Source of the DNA: a virus
Reading direction: 5' to 3' (one strand)
DNA length: 64,000 nt
IMG/VR virus record: IMGVR_UViG_3300018432_000001
Span: 64,001 to 128,000 of that record
The first letter of the stretch is position 1; every line of letters begins with the position of its first letter. Of the stretch, positions 29,701-38,742 are shown piece after piece. The position numbers and the translations under genes were made by a program. Below the pieces are notes generated by a model that did no database searches, was not told the DNA's origin, and saw only the letters and a list, made by a program, of their open reading frames with translations.

Positions 29701-30528
29701 GCGGGCCTGCTCACGCCCGTGATCGAGTTCCTGGCCGAGATCATCGGCGCGATCATCGGTGCCGCGCTGACGCCGCTGACCGCCGCCTTCGGGTTCCTGG
29801 CCGACATCCTCGCTGACCACGTCATTCCGTGGTTCGAGGAGAGCACCGCGATCCTGAAGCTGTTCTGGGAGACCGCGATTGAGCCGCTGATCGAGTGGAT
29901 CGGTCGGCTCAGCAGCGGGGTCACCGAGCGATTCGGCACTATCCGTGACGCAGTGACCACTCTCTGGAATCTGTGGAAAAACCGGTTCGACCTCATGGAG
30001 AGCCTGATCGAGACCGTGGTCGACGTGGTCTCCGACGCGGCAGGCAACATCGGTGACTTCTTCAGTAACATGGGCGACACGATCAGTGACGTCTTTGACA
30101 ACATGCTGGACGGCCTGCGCAGCGCCCGCGACACCATCTCCGGCATCGTCGACTCGATCGTCGGATTCGTCCAGGACGCCATCAACACCGCCCAGAACCT
30201 CGGCGACATCGACCTCAACCCGTTCGCCAACGGCGGCATCGTCAACGGACCCACCGCCGCGCTCATCGGCGAAGCGGGACGCGAGGTCGTCATCCCCCTC
30301 ACCCGGCCCCAGCGCGCCGCCGAACTCGCCCAGCAGTCGGGACTCATCGATCTGCTCGCTGCCCAAGGCGCTCTTGGTGGAGCTTCCATCAGCGGCACAC
30401 CAGCCGGTCCTGTCGTCGGTGAGATGCACGTCCACTCCCAAAACGCCGATCCCGAGCAGGTCGCTCGCAAGGCGCTGCGAATCATCGAGCGCCGCATGGG
30501 CGGCCGGGGATTGGAGCGACTCTCATGA
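26740..30528 (+). CDS. tape measure protein
   Basis: 1262 aa, Ala/Gly/Leu helical; N-term IATAEVRVVADTSRF; C-term FANGGIV.GPT.ALIGEAG.EVVIPL. Confidence 0.92.
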   Translation: MAVIATAEVRVVADTSRFLSNLRRQLRGAFSQIGAQAAQQFTNAFNQNIGNQFTGGLRRAGQQGGVSFTDGLRTALRRGLRGIQILGFLNLAIVQGLQGAAQLVSRGLRVAFVEGGRGIVTAFQNAVVNPLRTLIGNLFGRALNATLSRLAPLFAAAGAAARNAFFSQMAGIGAAITNFINSPVGQALGRIPALFRAAGDLAREAFFQRMAGIGAGIMNIIEGPIGRAATRIGQLFGAAGDLARESFFRSMAGIGAGITNFIESPVGRALGRLPALFRAAGDLAREAFFQRMAGIGALITNVLESPIGRALGRLPALFQAFGTRASDAFGRGLLRLRTAGTTAVNNITQAINRAGPRIQAAATRAFGPAAQSVQRAFNLIPWARIGQGIGQLFGRGVGDGAEEETQRRGQSIGARFGSAMTRGLTAGLRGLSTALASISLRPLQALAGILGNATSEMISMAAQALVVVGLLESLSGALFALPAVLNVVGAGVATVAIAFNGFGAAIGAAFEDTAAFEEALEGLAPAAQSVAREFQAIAPALTDMRLGAQEALFSQLAGTITAVADNLLGPLSEGLNLAAASFGGIVAGIGEFLAQSATAGTVTATFATLSAIFDALAVSTVPFLEAMRLLADTFLPRIAEAAGPLAGLGAQFQAWTEQVVASGDAMAAFDFAIQVFQQLAGVVGSLAGIFQAVFSAAELAGVDALGAIGEGLEVVRTTFESFEGQAALANVFAAIGTTVQALAPVFATLVTQLGLVFPIVGLIAEALGPSLSVVLEGLGQALLALGPGVVEVFAGIAAAAEAIAPSLAPLGAAIGAVLTAIAPILPVIGELIGIVVTLGAQILSVLASAIMPIVQALAGALAPVLPLIADLFTRLVTALAPVIEALGAGLASVIATLLPPILQLVAALAEALMPIIEALLPVLTPIIEIFFQLVNVIGSLLVPIISLLLPIIEALSPVLQLVGLVLAPLLELFSAILEPITTLITLIAGLLTPVIEFLAEIIGAIIGAALTPLTAAFGFLADILADHVIPWFEESTAILKLFWETAIEPLIEWIGRLSSGVTERFGTIRDAVTTLWNLWKNRFDLMESLIETVVDVVSDAAGNIGDFFSNMGDTISDVFDNMLDGLRSARDTISGIVDSIVGFVQDAINTAQNLGDIDLNPFANGGIVNGPTAALIGEAGREVVIPLTRPQRAAELAQQSGLIDLLAAQGALGGASISGTPAGPVVGEMHVHSQNADPEQVARKALRIIERRMGGRGLERLS
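27196..27690 (+). repeat. four 123-bp (41-aa) tandem repeats in the tape measure gene
   Basis: LF.AAG..AR..FF..MAGIGA.I.N....P.G.A..R repeated four times. Confidence 0.85.
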
Positions 30529-31736
30529 TAACCGACCGCGCCGGATGGATGAGCTTCGACGGCACCGAGGTCATCAACTCCGCACGTCTGGCCGCCTACC
30601 TCGCGCACAGCCCGTGCGACCCCGGGGCGGTCACCATCTGCGTGCCGTGCCCCGAGCTCGTCGCCGAAGTCTCTGACCCCCCGTTCATCTCCCCCCAGGC
30701 CGATGTCGCCCCCTGGTACGACCTGGCAGTACCGGTGTCGGCCGAATTCCTCGGCATCGGCGGCGTCGACATCGAGGGCCTGTGGATGCATCCTTCCGAG
30801 GTCGTCGACGGCGTCATCGTCCGCGACATGACCATCCGCGTCATCCTCGCCGGACTGTCCGAAGCCGCCGTGTCGTACGGCTTGGCGTGGCTGTCGATGG
30901 CACTCACCGGCTCCTACTGCCCCACAGGCTCGTGCATCGGCGGCCAGATGTGCGTCGCTGTGGCATGCCCGACTGCGACCGCACCCGACCCGGTTCGCAC
31001 GCTCGTGGACGTCTCAGCGCTGGAGCGCCCGCAAGTCCTGTCGATCTGGCGCTCAGGACTGGTGACGTTCTGGGAGGTCGAGTTCGTCATGCGAAGCCGC
31101 AATGTCGGATTGTTCCAGGACGCGGACATCAACCTGGTGTTCAACGCGGCGAGCGCGGAGCGGACCACCGTCAACCTGCTGGACGCCTACGAGAACTGCG
31201 CGATTGTCACGCCGTGCGCGACTGATCCCGAATGCCCGCGCCCGATCATCCCTGAAGTGCCCGAGGCGCCCCTGGACGCCTGCTACCCGGTCGAAGACTT
31301 CGAGGCCTACCACCAGATCGCGTCTGTGGAGGGCACGAGTGTCCCCTCCTGGCTGGAGCTGGTGCCGGTGATCCGCATCCGCGCCGGAGACGCGGACCTG
31401 CGCAACGTGACCATCCGGTTCTACCAGAACCCGCTCGGTCTGGACTGCACCGATCTGATCGCGGTCGATCCGTGTATGGCCTGCACCGACATCACGGTCT
31501 TGTTCGTTCCTTCCGGGGGCGAGACGGTCATCGACGGACGCGTCTCACGCGCCCAAACCGTATGCCTCGGCGGCGATGTCGACGTCCCGGCACTCTACGG
31601 ACCCGGCGGTCGCACGTTCTCCTGGCCGACGTTCTCCTGCGGCTACGGACTCTGCGTCGAAGTACTCGCCGCCGTCGGCGCCGACATCGAAGCGCAAGTC
31701 GACGTCGCCCTCTACACCCGATGGGAAGCCGCCTGA
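30525..31736 (+). CDS. minor tail protein (distal-tail-like)
   Basis: Follows the tape measure; GTEVINSAR..AY, APWYD...P.S.EFLG, IDGR. Confidence 0.75.
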   Translation: MITDRAGWMSFDGTEVINSARLAAYLAHSPCDPGAVTICVPCPELVAEVSDPPFISPQADVAPWYDLAVPVSAEFLGIGGVDIEGLWMHPSEVVDGVIVRDMTIRVILAGLSEAAVSYGLAWLSMALTGSYCPTGSCIGGQMCVAVACPTATAPDPVRTLVDVSALERPQVLSIWRSGLVTFWEVEFVMRSRNVGLFQDADINLVFNAASAERTTVNLLDAYENCAIVTPCATDPECPRPIIPEVPEAPLDACYPVEDFEAYHQIASVEGTSVPSWLELVPVIRIRAGDADLRNVTIRFYQNPLGLDCTDLIAVDPCMACTDITVLFVPSGGETVIDGRVSRAQTVCLGGDVDVPALYGPGGRTFSWPTFSCGYGLCVEVLAAVGADIEAQVDVALYTRWEAA

Positions 31737-32953
31737 TGGTGTCGCTATCGCCGCTGCTGGGATGCGCCGGGCAGTACCGTGTGGAGGTCTACCTCCTGCA
31801 ACGCACTGACAACAACGACAACCCGCTGCCGGTACCGGAGATGCGGTTCATCGGCGTCCTTGAAGGCATCACCCAGGTCACCTGGACCCGGCGGCTTCGC
31901 GCCTTCTCCGAAGCGATCATCACGCTCGACTTCAACCAAGCGTCACCGGAGTGCTGCCGCCTGTTCGACATCGTCGCCAACTCGGTGCGCGTGGCGCAGC
32001 TGCGCATCTGGCGTGACGACGTCCAAGTGTGGGAGGGCGAGGTGATGCAGGCGATCGAGACCACGGGTTCCACCGTGAAAGAGATCAACGCCCGCGACGT
32101 CATCCAGCGCTTGGAAGACACCGTCAACAACTTCGACCTCGAATACCTGGAGATGCCCGTCACCGACATCGCGTTCGACATTATCGAACGAAATCTGCTC
32201 AACCCAGCGTTCTCCGACCCGCTCGACGACACCCTCATCCTGCCGCAGATCGTGGTCGAAACCGTCACAGACCCCGACGACACCATCAACTACCGTCCGG
32301 GCGCCAAGGTCGCTACTGTCGGGGAGCTGCTGCGTGCCCTGGGACAGTCGTACGGATTGGACTTCACCGTCATCAACCGGTCCCTCCGTCTGCAGCGGCG
32401 ACGAACCACCCAGGACCAGACCTACGCCAGACTGAACACCCATCACCTCATCGGCGAGGCCGAAGCCCGCTCGAATGGCAACGAAGCCGCCACCAGAGGC
32501 TGGGCCACCACCCAGAAAGAAGACGACACTGAACCACGGGGCCTGGAAACCAACGAGTACTGGCCTGGCATCACACAGAACTTCGGCGTCACCGGCACAC
32601 GGTACGGACGCATTGACGTGCTTAACCGGGTCCAGGACAACAACGCAGACGTAGGCGACGTCCTGTCCTCGGCGAAACGTGCCGTCTGGGGACGCAACCC
32701 GCCGCCGTCGGAGATCCTGCTGCCGACCACGGCCCAGCTCTCCCCATCCGCACCGCTGACAATGCCCGAACTCGTTCCGGGCCTGAGATTCGACTTCTTC
32801 GCCGAGGAAGGCCTGTGTAGGCCCATCCGACAGGGCATGCGGCTCCTGGGGGTGGAGGTCACGTGGACACCGTCAGGTGCCAACACCGAGGAAGGCGAAG
32901 AAGTTGCCGTGGAACTGTCGACGCTGTCGGACGTTACCGGGGTAGAGCCATAG
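31736..32953 (+). CDS. minor tail protein (baseplate hub-like, 405 aa)
   Basis: W.R.L...SEA, L.IWRD...VWEG.V, GLDFTV, L.PG motifs; TGATG coupling. Confidence 0.75.
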   Translation: MVSLSPLLGCAGQYRVEVYLLQRTDNNDNPLPVPEMRFIGVLEGITQVTWTRRLRAFSEAIITLDFNQASPECCRLFDIVANSVRVAQLRIWRDDVQVWEGEVMQAIETTGSTVKEINARDVIQRLEDTVNNFDLEYLEMPVTDIAFDIIERNLLNPAFSDPLDDTLILPQIVVETVTDPDDTINYRPGAKVATVGELLRALGQSYGLDFTVINRSLRLQRRRTTQDQTYARLNTHHLIGEAEARSNGNEAATRGWATTQKEDDTEPRGLETNEYWPGITQNFGVTGTRYGRIDVLNRVQDNNADVGDVLSSAKRAVWGRNPPPSEILLPTTAQLSPSAPLTMPELVPGLRFDFFAEEGLCRPIRQGMRLLGVEVTWTPSGANTEEGEEVAVELSTLSDVTGVEP

Positions 32954-32956
32954 CAA

Positions 32957-32992
32957 GAACGGACCCACCCGCTTTCGCGGATGGGTCCGTTC
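32957..32992. terminator. bidirectional terminator-like hairpin
   Basis: GAACGGACCCA-C-CCGC / GCGG-A-TGGGTCCGTTC between convergent tail and par genes. Confidence 0.75.
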
Positions 32993-33002
32993 GAAGGTCT
33001 TG

Positions 33003-33149
33003 CTATGGGTTCTTTTCTTGACGCTTCGACTTCACGAACACGTCTAGCGCTTCGACCATCAGGGCGTTCATCGGGCGCTTTGTCTCAGCCGCCATCACCT
33101 TGAGATCCGTGTGGAGTTGATCGGGGAGCTCAATCGTCGTTCTCTTCAC
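33003..33149 (-). CDS. ribbon-helix-helix protein (ParG/CopG-like, 48 aa)
   Basis: KRTTIELPDQLHTDLKVMAAETKRPMNALMVEAL; GGGGA RBS before the GTG. Confidence 0.75.
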   Translation of the reverse strand: MKRTTIELPDQLHTDLKVMAAETKRPMNALMVEALDVFVKSKRQEKNP

Positions 33150-33630
33150 CAGATCCCCAATCGTTCTCCCTGGCGTTGACACGCTCACAAGCTTCACCGT
33201 AGTAGTACTCGGCGTAGGGATCTCCCGCGAGACCGCGCTTGAACGTTTCCGCGATGATGTCGGCAGCCGGGCGCTTCTCCACCTGCGACTTCTTACCGAT
33301 GGTCTCGATGACCCACACAGGCCACCGGTGGCTGACGCTCGAACGTTCCAGCTGAGGGTGACCGTGGTGTGCACGCACGCTGTCAAGCATGCCGATGATC
33401 TCAGCGGCAGTGTTCTTAGCAGCGTTTTCTGACGTTTGTCCGTTCGTGCGTGCACGCGTGCGTGCACTACTGGACGAACCGGACTTCTTATCCCTCTTCA
33501 GCTGCTCGCTTGCCTGCGGTTCCTCGGTTCGAACCTCGACAGTTGGGGGTTCGGCGCTGTCGGTCGGTTCCGACATGGGGGGGATCTGCGGGGGAGGGGG
33601 GGCCGGGACGTTCATGTTGTCACGCGCCAT
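33130..33630 (-). CDS. putative partition partner protein (166 aa)
   Basis: Overlaps the parA stop; disordered N-terminus and short beta-helix-helix-like C-terminus. Confidence 0.6.
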   Translation of the reverse strand: MARDNMNVPAPPPPQIPPMSEPTDSAEPPTVEVRTEEPQASEQLKRDKKSGSSSSARTRARTNGQTSENAAKNTAAEIIGMLDSVRAHHGHPQLERSSVSHRWPVWVIETIGKKSQVEKRPAADIIAETFKRGLAGDPYAEYYYGEACERVNARENDWGSGEENDD

Positions 33631-34495
33631 TGGGGCTTTCCTCCTGCTCTTCCATGCCACGGGAGATGACCACGTCAGTCAGCGCGTCGATGGACTCGAT
33701 GACACCTTCGCGCTCGGACGGACGGAATGAGGTGATCGGCAGGCTCTCCGATTGGGTCTCGGCCAGTCTGGCGCGGAAGGGGATGACGTGGGGGAGTACC
33801 GGCACGGGTGCGCCCTGGTCGATCGCCTTGAATGAGATGGGCATCTCTTCGATGTACCGGTTGTGGAGCTTCAGGCGGATGTCCGCCTTGTTGATGATGA
33901 CCCCGCCGAACTTCAGGTTCGGCACCATCAGGTGCTGACGGAAGTTGGAGACGAAGGTGGCCATGCGCAGGCCCCCCTTGATCTCGTTCCGTTCGGGGAT
34001 GACGGTGATCCAGACGCGGTCCTCCTCGCCGTCGAGCGCGGCGATGCAGTTCTGCACGAGGTGTCCCAGGCTCGGGTCGGCGTTCAGCAGGACGTGGTCG
34101 TACATGTCGGCGGGAAGGGCGTCGAGGGCGCGGCGCAGACGGAACTGGGCACCGGCCTTGTCGGTTTCGTGAAGCCGGTCTTCGAGCATGTAGCCACCCT
34201 GGGCGACGTGGATGTAAGAGGCTTCGGGGACATCCCATCCGCAAGCGGTGATGGCGTCGGTGATGGGGCGCGGGTTGTGGTGGTCGAGCACTTCGGCCAT
34301 GGTCAGGCGCGTGGGGTCTCCGGCGTCGAAGCGGTCGGCGGTGTCGTCCTGCGGGTCGACCTCGACGACGAGCACGCGCTTGTTGCGTCGGGCGAGGGCG
34401 TGTGCGATCTGGACGACGCCGAACGTCTTGCCCGAGCCGCCCTTGCCGTTGAGGAAGGCATCCCGAGGGGGGCGCACAAAGAGGTTAGAGGACAT
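33620..34495 (-). CDS. parA: ParA family partitioning ATPase
   Basis: Deviant Walker A KGGSGKT, A-prime VLVVEVDPQ, YDHVLLN..PSLG, GVIINK, IP.R..L.E. Confidence 0.9.
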   Translation of the reverse strand: MSSNLFVRPPRDAFLNGKGGSGKTFGVVQIAHALARRNKRVLVVEVDPQDDTADRFDAGDPTRLTMAEVLDHHNPRPITDAITACGWDVPEASYIHVAQGGYMLEDRLHETDKAGAQFRLRRALDALPADMYDHVLLNADPSLGHLVQNCIAALDGEEDRVWITVIPERNEIKGGLRMATFVSNFRQHLMVPNLKFGGVIINKADIRLKLHNRYIEEMPISFKAIDQGAPVPVLPHVIPFRARLAETQSESLPITSFRPSEREGVIESIDALTDVVISRGMEEQEESPNGA

Positions 34496-34667
34496 GCTGA
34501 ACCTTTCCGATCATGTGAATACATGAGCAAATAAATATTGATGCGAACATGAGGAATCTACACCCTACGAACCAGTCAGGGTTTTGGGCTATTTCGTGCC
34601 GGGCATGGATGATTTGCGCTACTGATGAGAGGATGTATTTGTTCTAGTTGACCGTTTTGGGGGAATC

Positions 34668-36527
34668 GTGGCGAGATGTGGTTGCAACGCCGCTAGTGCG
34701 ACAACGTGCGACGCGATCGTGCTGTGCGTGGCGGCGAATCTCGGTCCGGGTCTGCGGTACGACAGCATCACCGGCCTGTTGTCGGTGCGGATCTCTGGCG
34801 ACGTGGGCAACGCGGCCAGCTTCGGTTCCGACAGCGGCATCTATGTTCCCGGCGGCGACACCGTTCCCGATCCGGCCTCGGGTCGCCGGACGATCGCCGG
34901 GCTTCCCGTTCGTGCGGCCGGTGGTGCTGCTACCGGGGGCGGCTCGATGACCCCGTTCGGTTCCCCCGAGGGCATAGATTACGCGGTAGCCAACCGGCTC
35001 GACATCATCAACATCTCCAACTTCGCCCTTGCTGACGGCGTCTCCATCGCCCGCTGGGATGGCCCGGGGGCGGACCTGGAGAACCGGACCGACAACCCCG
35101 CGACTATCGACACCCAGTTGATCAGTTCGGTGCAGCTGCCCAGCCTGCTGGTCGACGCGGGCGCGCGTGACACGCCGACCGGCCGCGACTCGGGGGCTCC
35201 GGCAGTGTTGTTGAGCCCGGACGGGGGGTGGTTCGGGTTCTACGCGAACAACTTCACCCCCATGACGCTCACTGATGCCCTGTTCAAAGTCGCTGCTCGG
35301 GCCGTCGTGTACCTGCCGGTCATCGGAAGTCAGATCGAGTCCGATACGGAACGGCACCTGGCCGGTGCCGCTCGGGCGATCCTCCAGGCGCAGTCGCAAG
35401 CCTGGACCCTGTGCGGCGTCCCGGGCTATATCGACGACGGCGCGGGAAACATCATCCCGAGTCCGATCAGCACCTGGGTCGGCGATATCGCCGCCGCCGG
35501 GATCACCCCGGTCGTCGACTTGTTCGACGACAGCGCTGGAGGCTTCGTCGTGACCCCGGCCGAAGTCGTGGCAACCGGCGCCGAATGGGTTCGCCTCGCT
35601 CAAGCCGAAGGCGGTACCGGTGGTACCTCGCGCGCACGAATTCAGACGTTCCTTGACGCGGGCCTTCAGGTGTATGTGCAACCCCGCAGCTCACGGCAGT
35701 GGGATGCCGAACAGCTGTGGGACATGGGTGTCCGCGCGGTCTCGTCGGACTCCCCGGTCTACACCCGGGGTGCCCGTGGTGAAGCGGGCGATCTGGACTA
35801 CCGCAAAGAAATCGTCATCCCCGGGCTCATCACCCGCACCATGATGGAAGGGTCGCTGACGCGCCGTACAAACCTCGGTATGGACCCCTCCGATATCGGC
35901 TGGGCACGCCAGTCGGACGTTGGCCGGAACTTCAGCGCCCAGTTCGGTTGGGAAGGCGGCATCGGTGCGCACCTGCACTCGCAGCTACTCGGCGAGCTGT
36001 GCCCGTACGAGGTCACCGCGAACTACCGGCTGCGCCTCCGGTTCCGCGTCGACCCCACCCAGGCCAGCGCACCCGCCGGGGCGCTACCCAAGCTGGGCAT
36101 CTTCTTCAACTCACCCGACGACCGGGACATCACCTACTTCGAACCCGATGACGGACCAGAACACGTCAATGGGTACTGGTTCAACATCCGCGTCGGCACC
36201 TCCAACCCCGGCCTGGTCACGATGGGCAAGTTCAACAACGGGAACTTCACCGTCTTGGACACTTCGATGGACTTCCCCACCATCACCATCGGCAGTTGGA
36301 TCAACTTCAATATCACCGTGACGCCAACCACCGTCTCGCTCGGCGTCGGTGTCAGCGGCACGGAGTTGTCGGCCACGATCAACGACAGTGACCACCGGGG
36401 ACCCTACGCGTTCTACGCGTGGGAGGACGACTACATCGCGCCTGCCGACAACGCCGGATTCGCGCACGGGTACAGCGCCTACGAACTGTTCGCGACGACG
36501 TCGCCGATGTACGAGGACCAGTCCTGA
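34668..36527 (+). CDS. minor tail / receptor-binding protein with degenerate GDPD-like barrel (619 aa)
   Basis: MARCGC anchor; AGLQVYV...GVRAVSSDSPVY resembles the GDPD C-terminal motif; beta-sandwich C-terminus. Confidence 0.65.
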   Translation: MARCGCNAASATTCDAIVLCVAANLGPGLRYDSITGLLSVRISGDVGNAASFGSDSGIYVPGGDTVPDPASGRRTIAGLPVRAAGGAATGGGSMTPFGSPEGIDYAVANRLDIINISNFALADGVSIARWDGPGADLENRTDNPATIDTQLISSVQLPSLLVDAGARDTPTGRDSGAPAVLLSPDGGWFGFYANNFTPMTLTDALFKVAARAVVYLPVIGSQIESDTERHLAGAARAILQAQSQAWTLCGVPGYIDDGAGNIIPSPISTWVGDIAAAGITPVVDLFDDSAGGFVVTPAEVVATGAEWVRLAQAEGGTGGTSRARIQTFLDAGLQVYVQPRSSRQWDAEQLWDMGVRAVSSDSPVYTRGARGEAGDLDYRKEIVIPGLITRTMMEGSLTRRTNLGMDPSDIGWARQSDVGRNFSAQFGWEGGIGAHLHSQLLGELCPYEVTANYRLRLRFRVDPTQASAPAGALPKLGIFFNSPDDRDITYFEPDDGPEHVNGYWFNIRVGTSNPGLVTMGKFNNGNFTVLDTSMDFPTITIGSWINFNITVTPTTVSLGVGVSGTELSATINDSDHRGPYAFYAWEDDYIAPADNAGFAHGYSAYELFATTSPMYEDQS

Positions 36528-38350
36528 TGGCCCGCTGCGGATGCAACACGGCCATGTCGACCACGTGCGACGCGATCATGACGTGCATTGCCGACAACCT
36601 CGGTCCTGGCCTGGACTTCAACGAGTCGACCGGGCAGATCGACTTGGAGATTTCCACCGACGCCGGAAACACTGCGACCATTGGGACCGACGGCGGATTC
36701 TACGCCCCCGCTTCCACCGGGCCTGGTGAGATCGTCTGGCCTGTCACTGTGGCGACGCTGCCCGAGCAGGCCATCGGTGCGACCGGCGGCGGTATCGGTG
36801 TCGGCCCTTCAACGTCGCCGTACCTCATCGAGTACTGCATCGCCAACGGCATCGACATGTATTCCACCACCGTGCTGCTCGGGTCCGACGGCGTCGCGCT
36901 GGAAACCATTCAAGGCGCTGGCAGCTCGATCACCGCCTTCACCGACAACCCCGGGTCGATCACATGGGGCCAGTCGTCGTCGTTGACGATGACCGCGATC
37001 AATTACGACGCCGGGACCCGCGATAACCCCACCGGCGACAACTCCAATGCGCCCGCAGCGCTGCAGATCCCGTACGGGGGCTGGGCCGGGTTCTATCAGA
37101 ACCAGTACACCGGGCGTCAACTGGCAGAAATGCTGCGGCTCGTCCGGGGCCGGATGGTTGTGGACCTGCGCGTCAACCGCAATGGGGTGACACCCGATGA
37201 GATCGAGGCAGCGATCGTCACTACCGTGCAGACAGTGGTAGATGCGGGCGCCCAGGACTGGTGCATCATCAATGTTCCCGGATACCTCGATGACGACTCG
37301 CCTTCCCCGATAGGAACGTGGGTTCCTCTTGTAACCGCAGCGGGGATCACGGCGGCGGTCAACCTGATCACGGAGGCGAGCGCGACGGGCATTCAGCCGG
37401 TCGCCACCATCGTCGCGTCGGGGGCGACCTGGGTCTCGGCCATCCGCGACGACGGCATGGACGGCACCTTGAACGATGCGCGGATCACCGAGCTTGTCGC
37501 CGCCGGACTTCAGGTGATGGCACGTACGACCTCGCGGCAGTACTGGACGACCCACAATTTCACTACGTTGGGTGTTCGGGCCGTCGAAGGCCAGGACGCG
37601 GTCTACGCCCGAGGCTCCCGTGGGGAGACCGGGGACCTCAACTACCGTCAGACGCTCATTCCCGGTTTGGGTACGCGAACTGCCATCATCGGCGCGTTGA
37701 CGCACGTCACCGATGACCAGCGTTCGCTGTGGCACGGCGGTTTCGCCCGGCTGGACCTGTCGGGTCGCTGGTTCCCGATGCGGTATGCGTGGAACGGGCT
37801 ACTCATTCCTACTGAGGCCAATCAGCTGCTGGGCACCATCTGCCCGATCCCGAACGCCACCGACTACGAGATCCGACTACGGGTACGCCGCGATCCGGCC
37901 GCTGTTATGAGCTCCAGCCAAGAGGTCGGCATCTTCTTCGCGATCCCCGATGACCGCGACATCACCACCCCCAGCGGCACTACGAACCCGGTCAAGGACG
38001 GGTACATGGCCCGGTTGACGTCCCAGAGCACGGGAACGTCGTTCCGGCAGCTGTCCATCCGCCGGTTCACGAACGGTGGCTTCACCACCATCGCTACCGA
38101 GAGCAACACCGTCGCGTTGCCCACTGACTCGTGGGCCGATCTGACCGTGCGCGTGGAGGGGTCCCAGCTGACGTTCATCGTGACCGTGGCAGGGGTGACA
38201 CGGACACTGTCGGTCGCCGATGCCACTTGGCGGGGGCCCTACGCGGCCTACGCCTGGCGCGATGAACCATCGGCGGCGTCGGGGGCGTACCCGGGATTCG
38301 TCCACGGTTACACCAATCCGGAAGACCTGGTGATGTACGCGCCGCTCTAA
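36527..38350 (+). CDS. paralogous minor tail protein with degenerate GDPD-like barrel (607 aa)
   Basis: Collinear similarity to 34668 (MARCGCN, GGW.GFY, Y.RG.RGE.GDL.YR, RGPYA..AW, HGY). Confidence 0.65.
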   Translation: MARCGCNTAMSTTCDAIMTCIADNLGPGLDFNESTGQIDLEISTDAGNTATIGTDGGFYAPASTGPGEIVWPVTVATLPEQAIGATGGGIGVGPSTSPYLIEYCIANGIDMYSTTVLLGSDGVALETIQGAGSSITAFTDNPGSITWGQSSSLTMTAINYDAGTRDNPTGDNSNAPAALQIPYGGWAGFYQNQYTGRQLAEMLRLVRGRMVVDLRVNRNGVTPDEIEAAIVTTVQTVVDAGAQDWCIINVPGYLDDDSPSPIGTWVPLVTAAGITAAVNLITEASATGIQPVATIVASGATWVSAIRDDGMDGTLNDARITELVAAGLQVMARTTSRQYWTTHNFTTLGVRAVEGQDAVYARGSRGETGDLNYRQTLIPGLGTRTAIIGALTHVTDDQRSLWHGGFARLDLSGRWFPMRYAWNGLLIPTEANQLLGTICPIPNATDYEIRLRVRRDPAAVMSSSQEVGIFFAIPDDRDITTPSGTTNPVKDGYMARLTSQSTGTSFRQLSIRRFTNGGFTTIATESNTVALPTDSWADLTVRVEGSQLTFIVTVAGVTRTLSVADATWRGPYAAYAWRDEPSAASGAYPGFVHGYTNPEDLVMYAPL

Positions 38351-38407
38351 CGGTTGAGGAGGGGTCCGGAGCCTGCCGCCGGGAGTGATCGACTCCGGAA
38401 CCCTCGG

Positions 38408-38674
38408 TCAGGGAAGGTCGTTGTGGATGATGCCGTATCGGGTGATCCCGAATTTCGTGCCTTCGATGGTGATGTTCTCGCCGACGTCAGCGCCGACCGC
38501 GTCGTAGAACTCGGTCGTGTCGCATTCGGTCAGCTCCCCCGTGACGTTGTTGTAGATACCGATCGATGACACGGTGTAGTGAGAGGGGATGGCGACGTCG
38601 CAACCCAGGGCGGCAGCGAGAAAGTCCCTGATGAAGCTCGCGCGGATCAGGGCCGGGGTGGTTGTCGGCGTCAT
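38408..38674 (-). CDS. hypothetical protein (88 aa)
   Basis: ORF convergent on the tail genes. Confidence 0.55.
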   Translation of the reverse strand: MTPTTTPALIRASFIRDFLAAALGCDVAIPSHYTVSSIGIYNNVTGELTECDTTEFYDAVGADVGENITIEGTKFGITRYGIIHNDLP

Positions 38675-38742
38675 GGCCCTATTGTGACTGATGATCACAG
38701 CCTGACGCAATCCGCATTCGTGTCACGTTTTCGCGGCGCGGC

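Noticed and set aside
34668-38350. Diversity-generating retroelement or invertible tail switch
   Set aside because: No reverse transcriptase, invertase or near-identical template repeat seen; paralogues are diverged throughout
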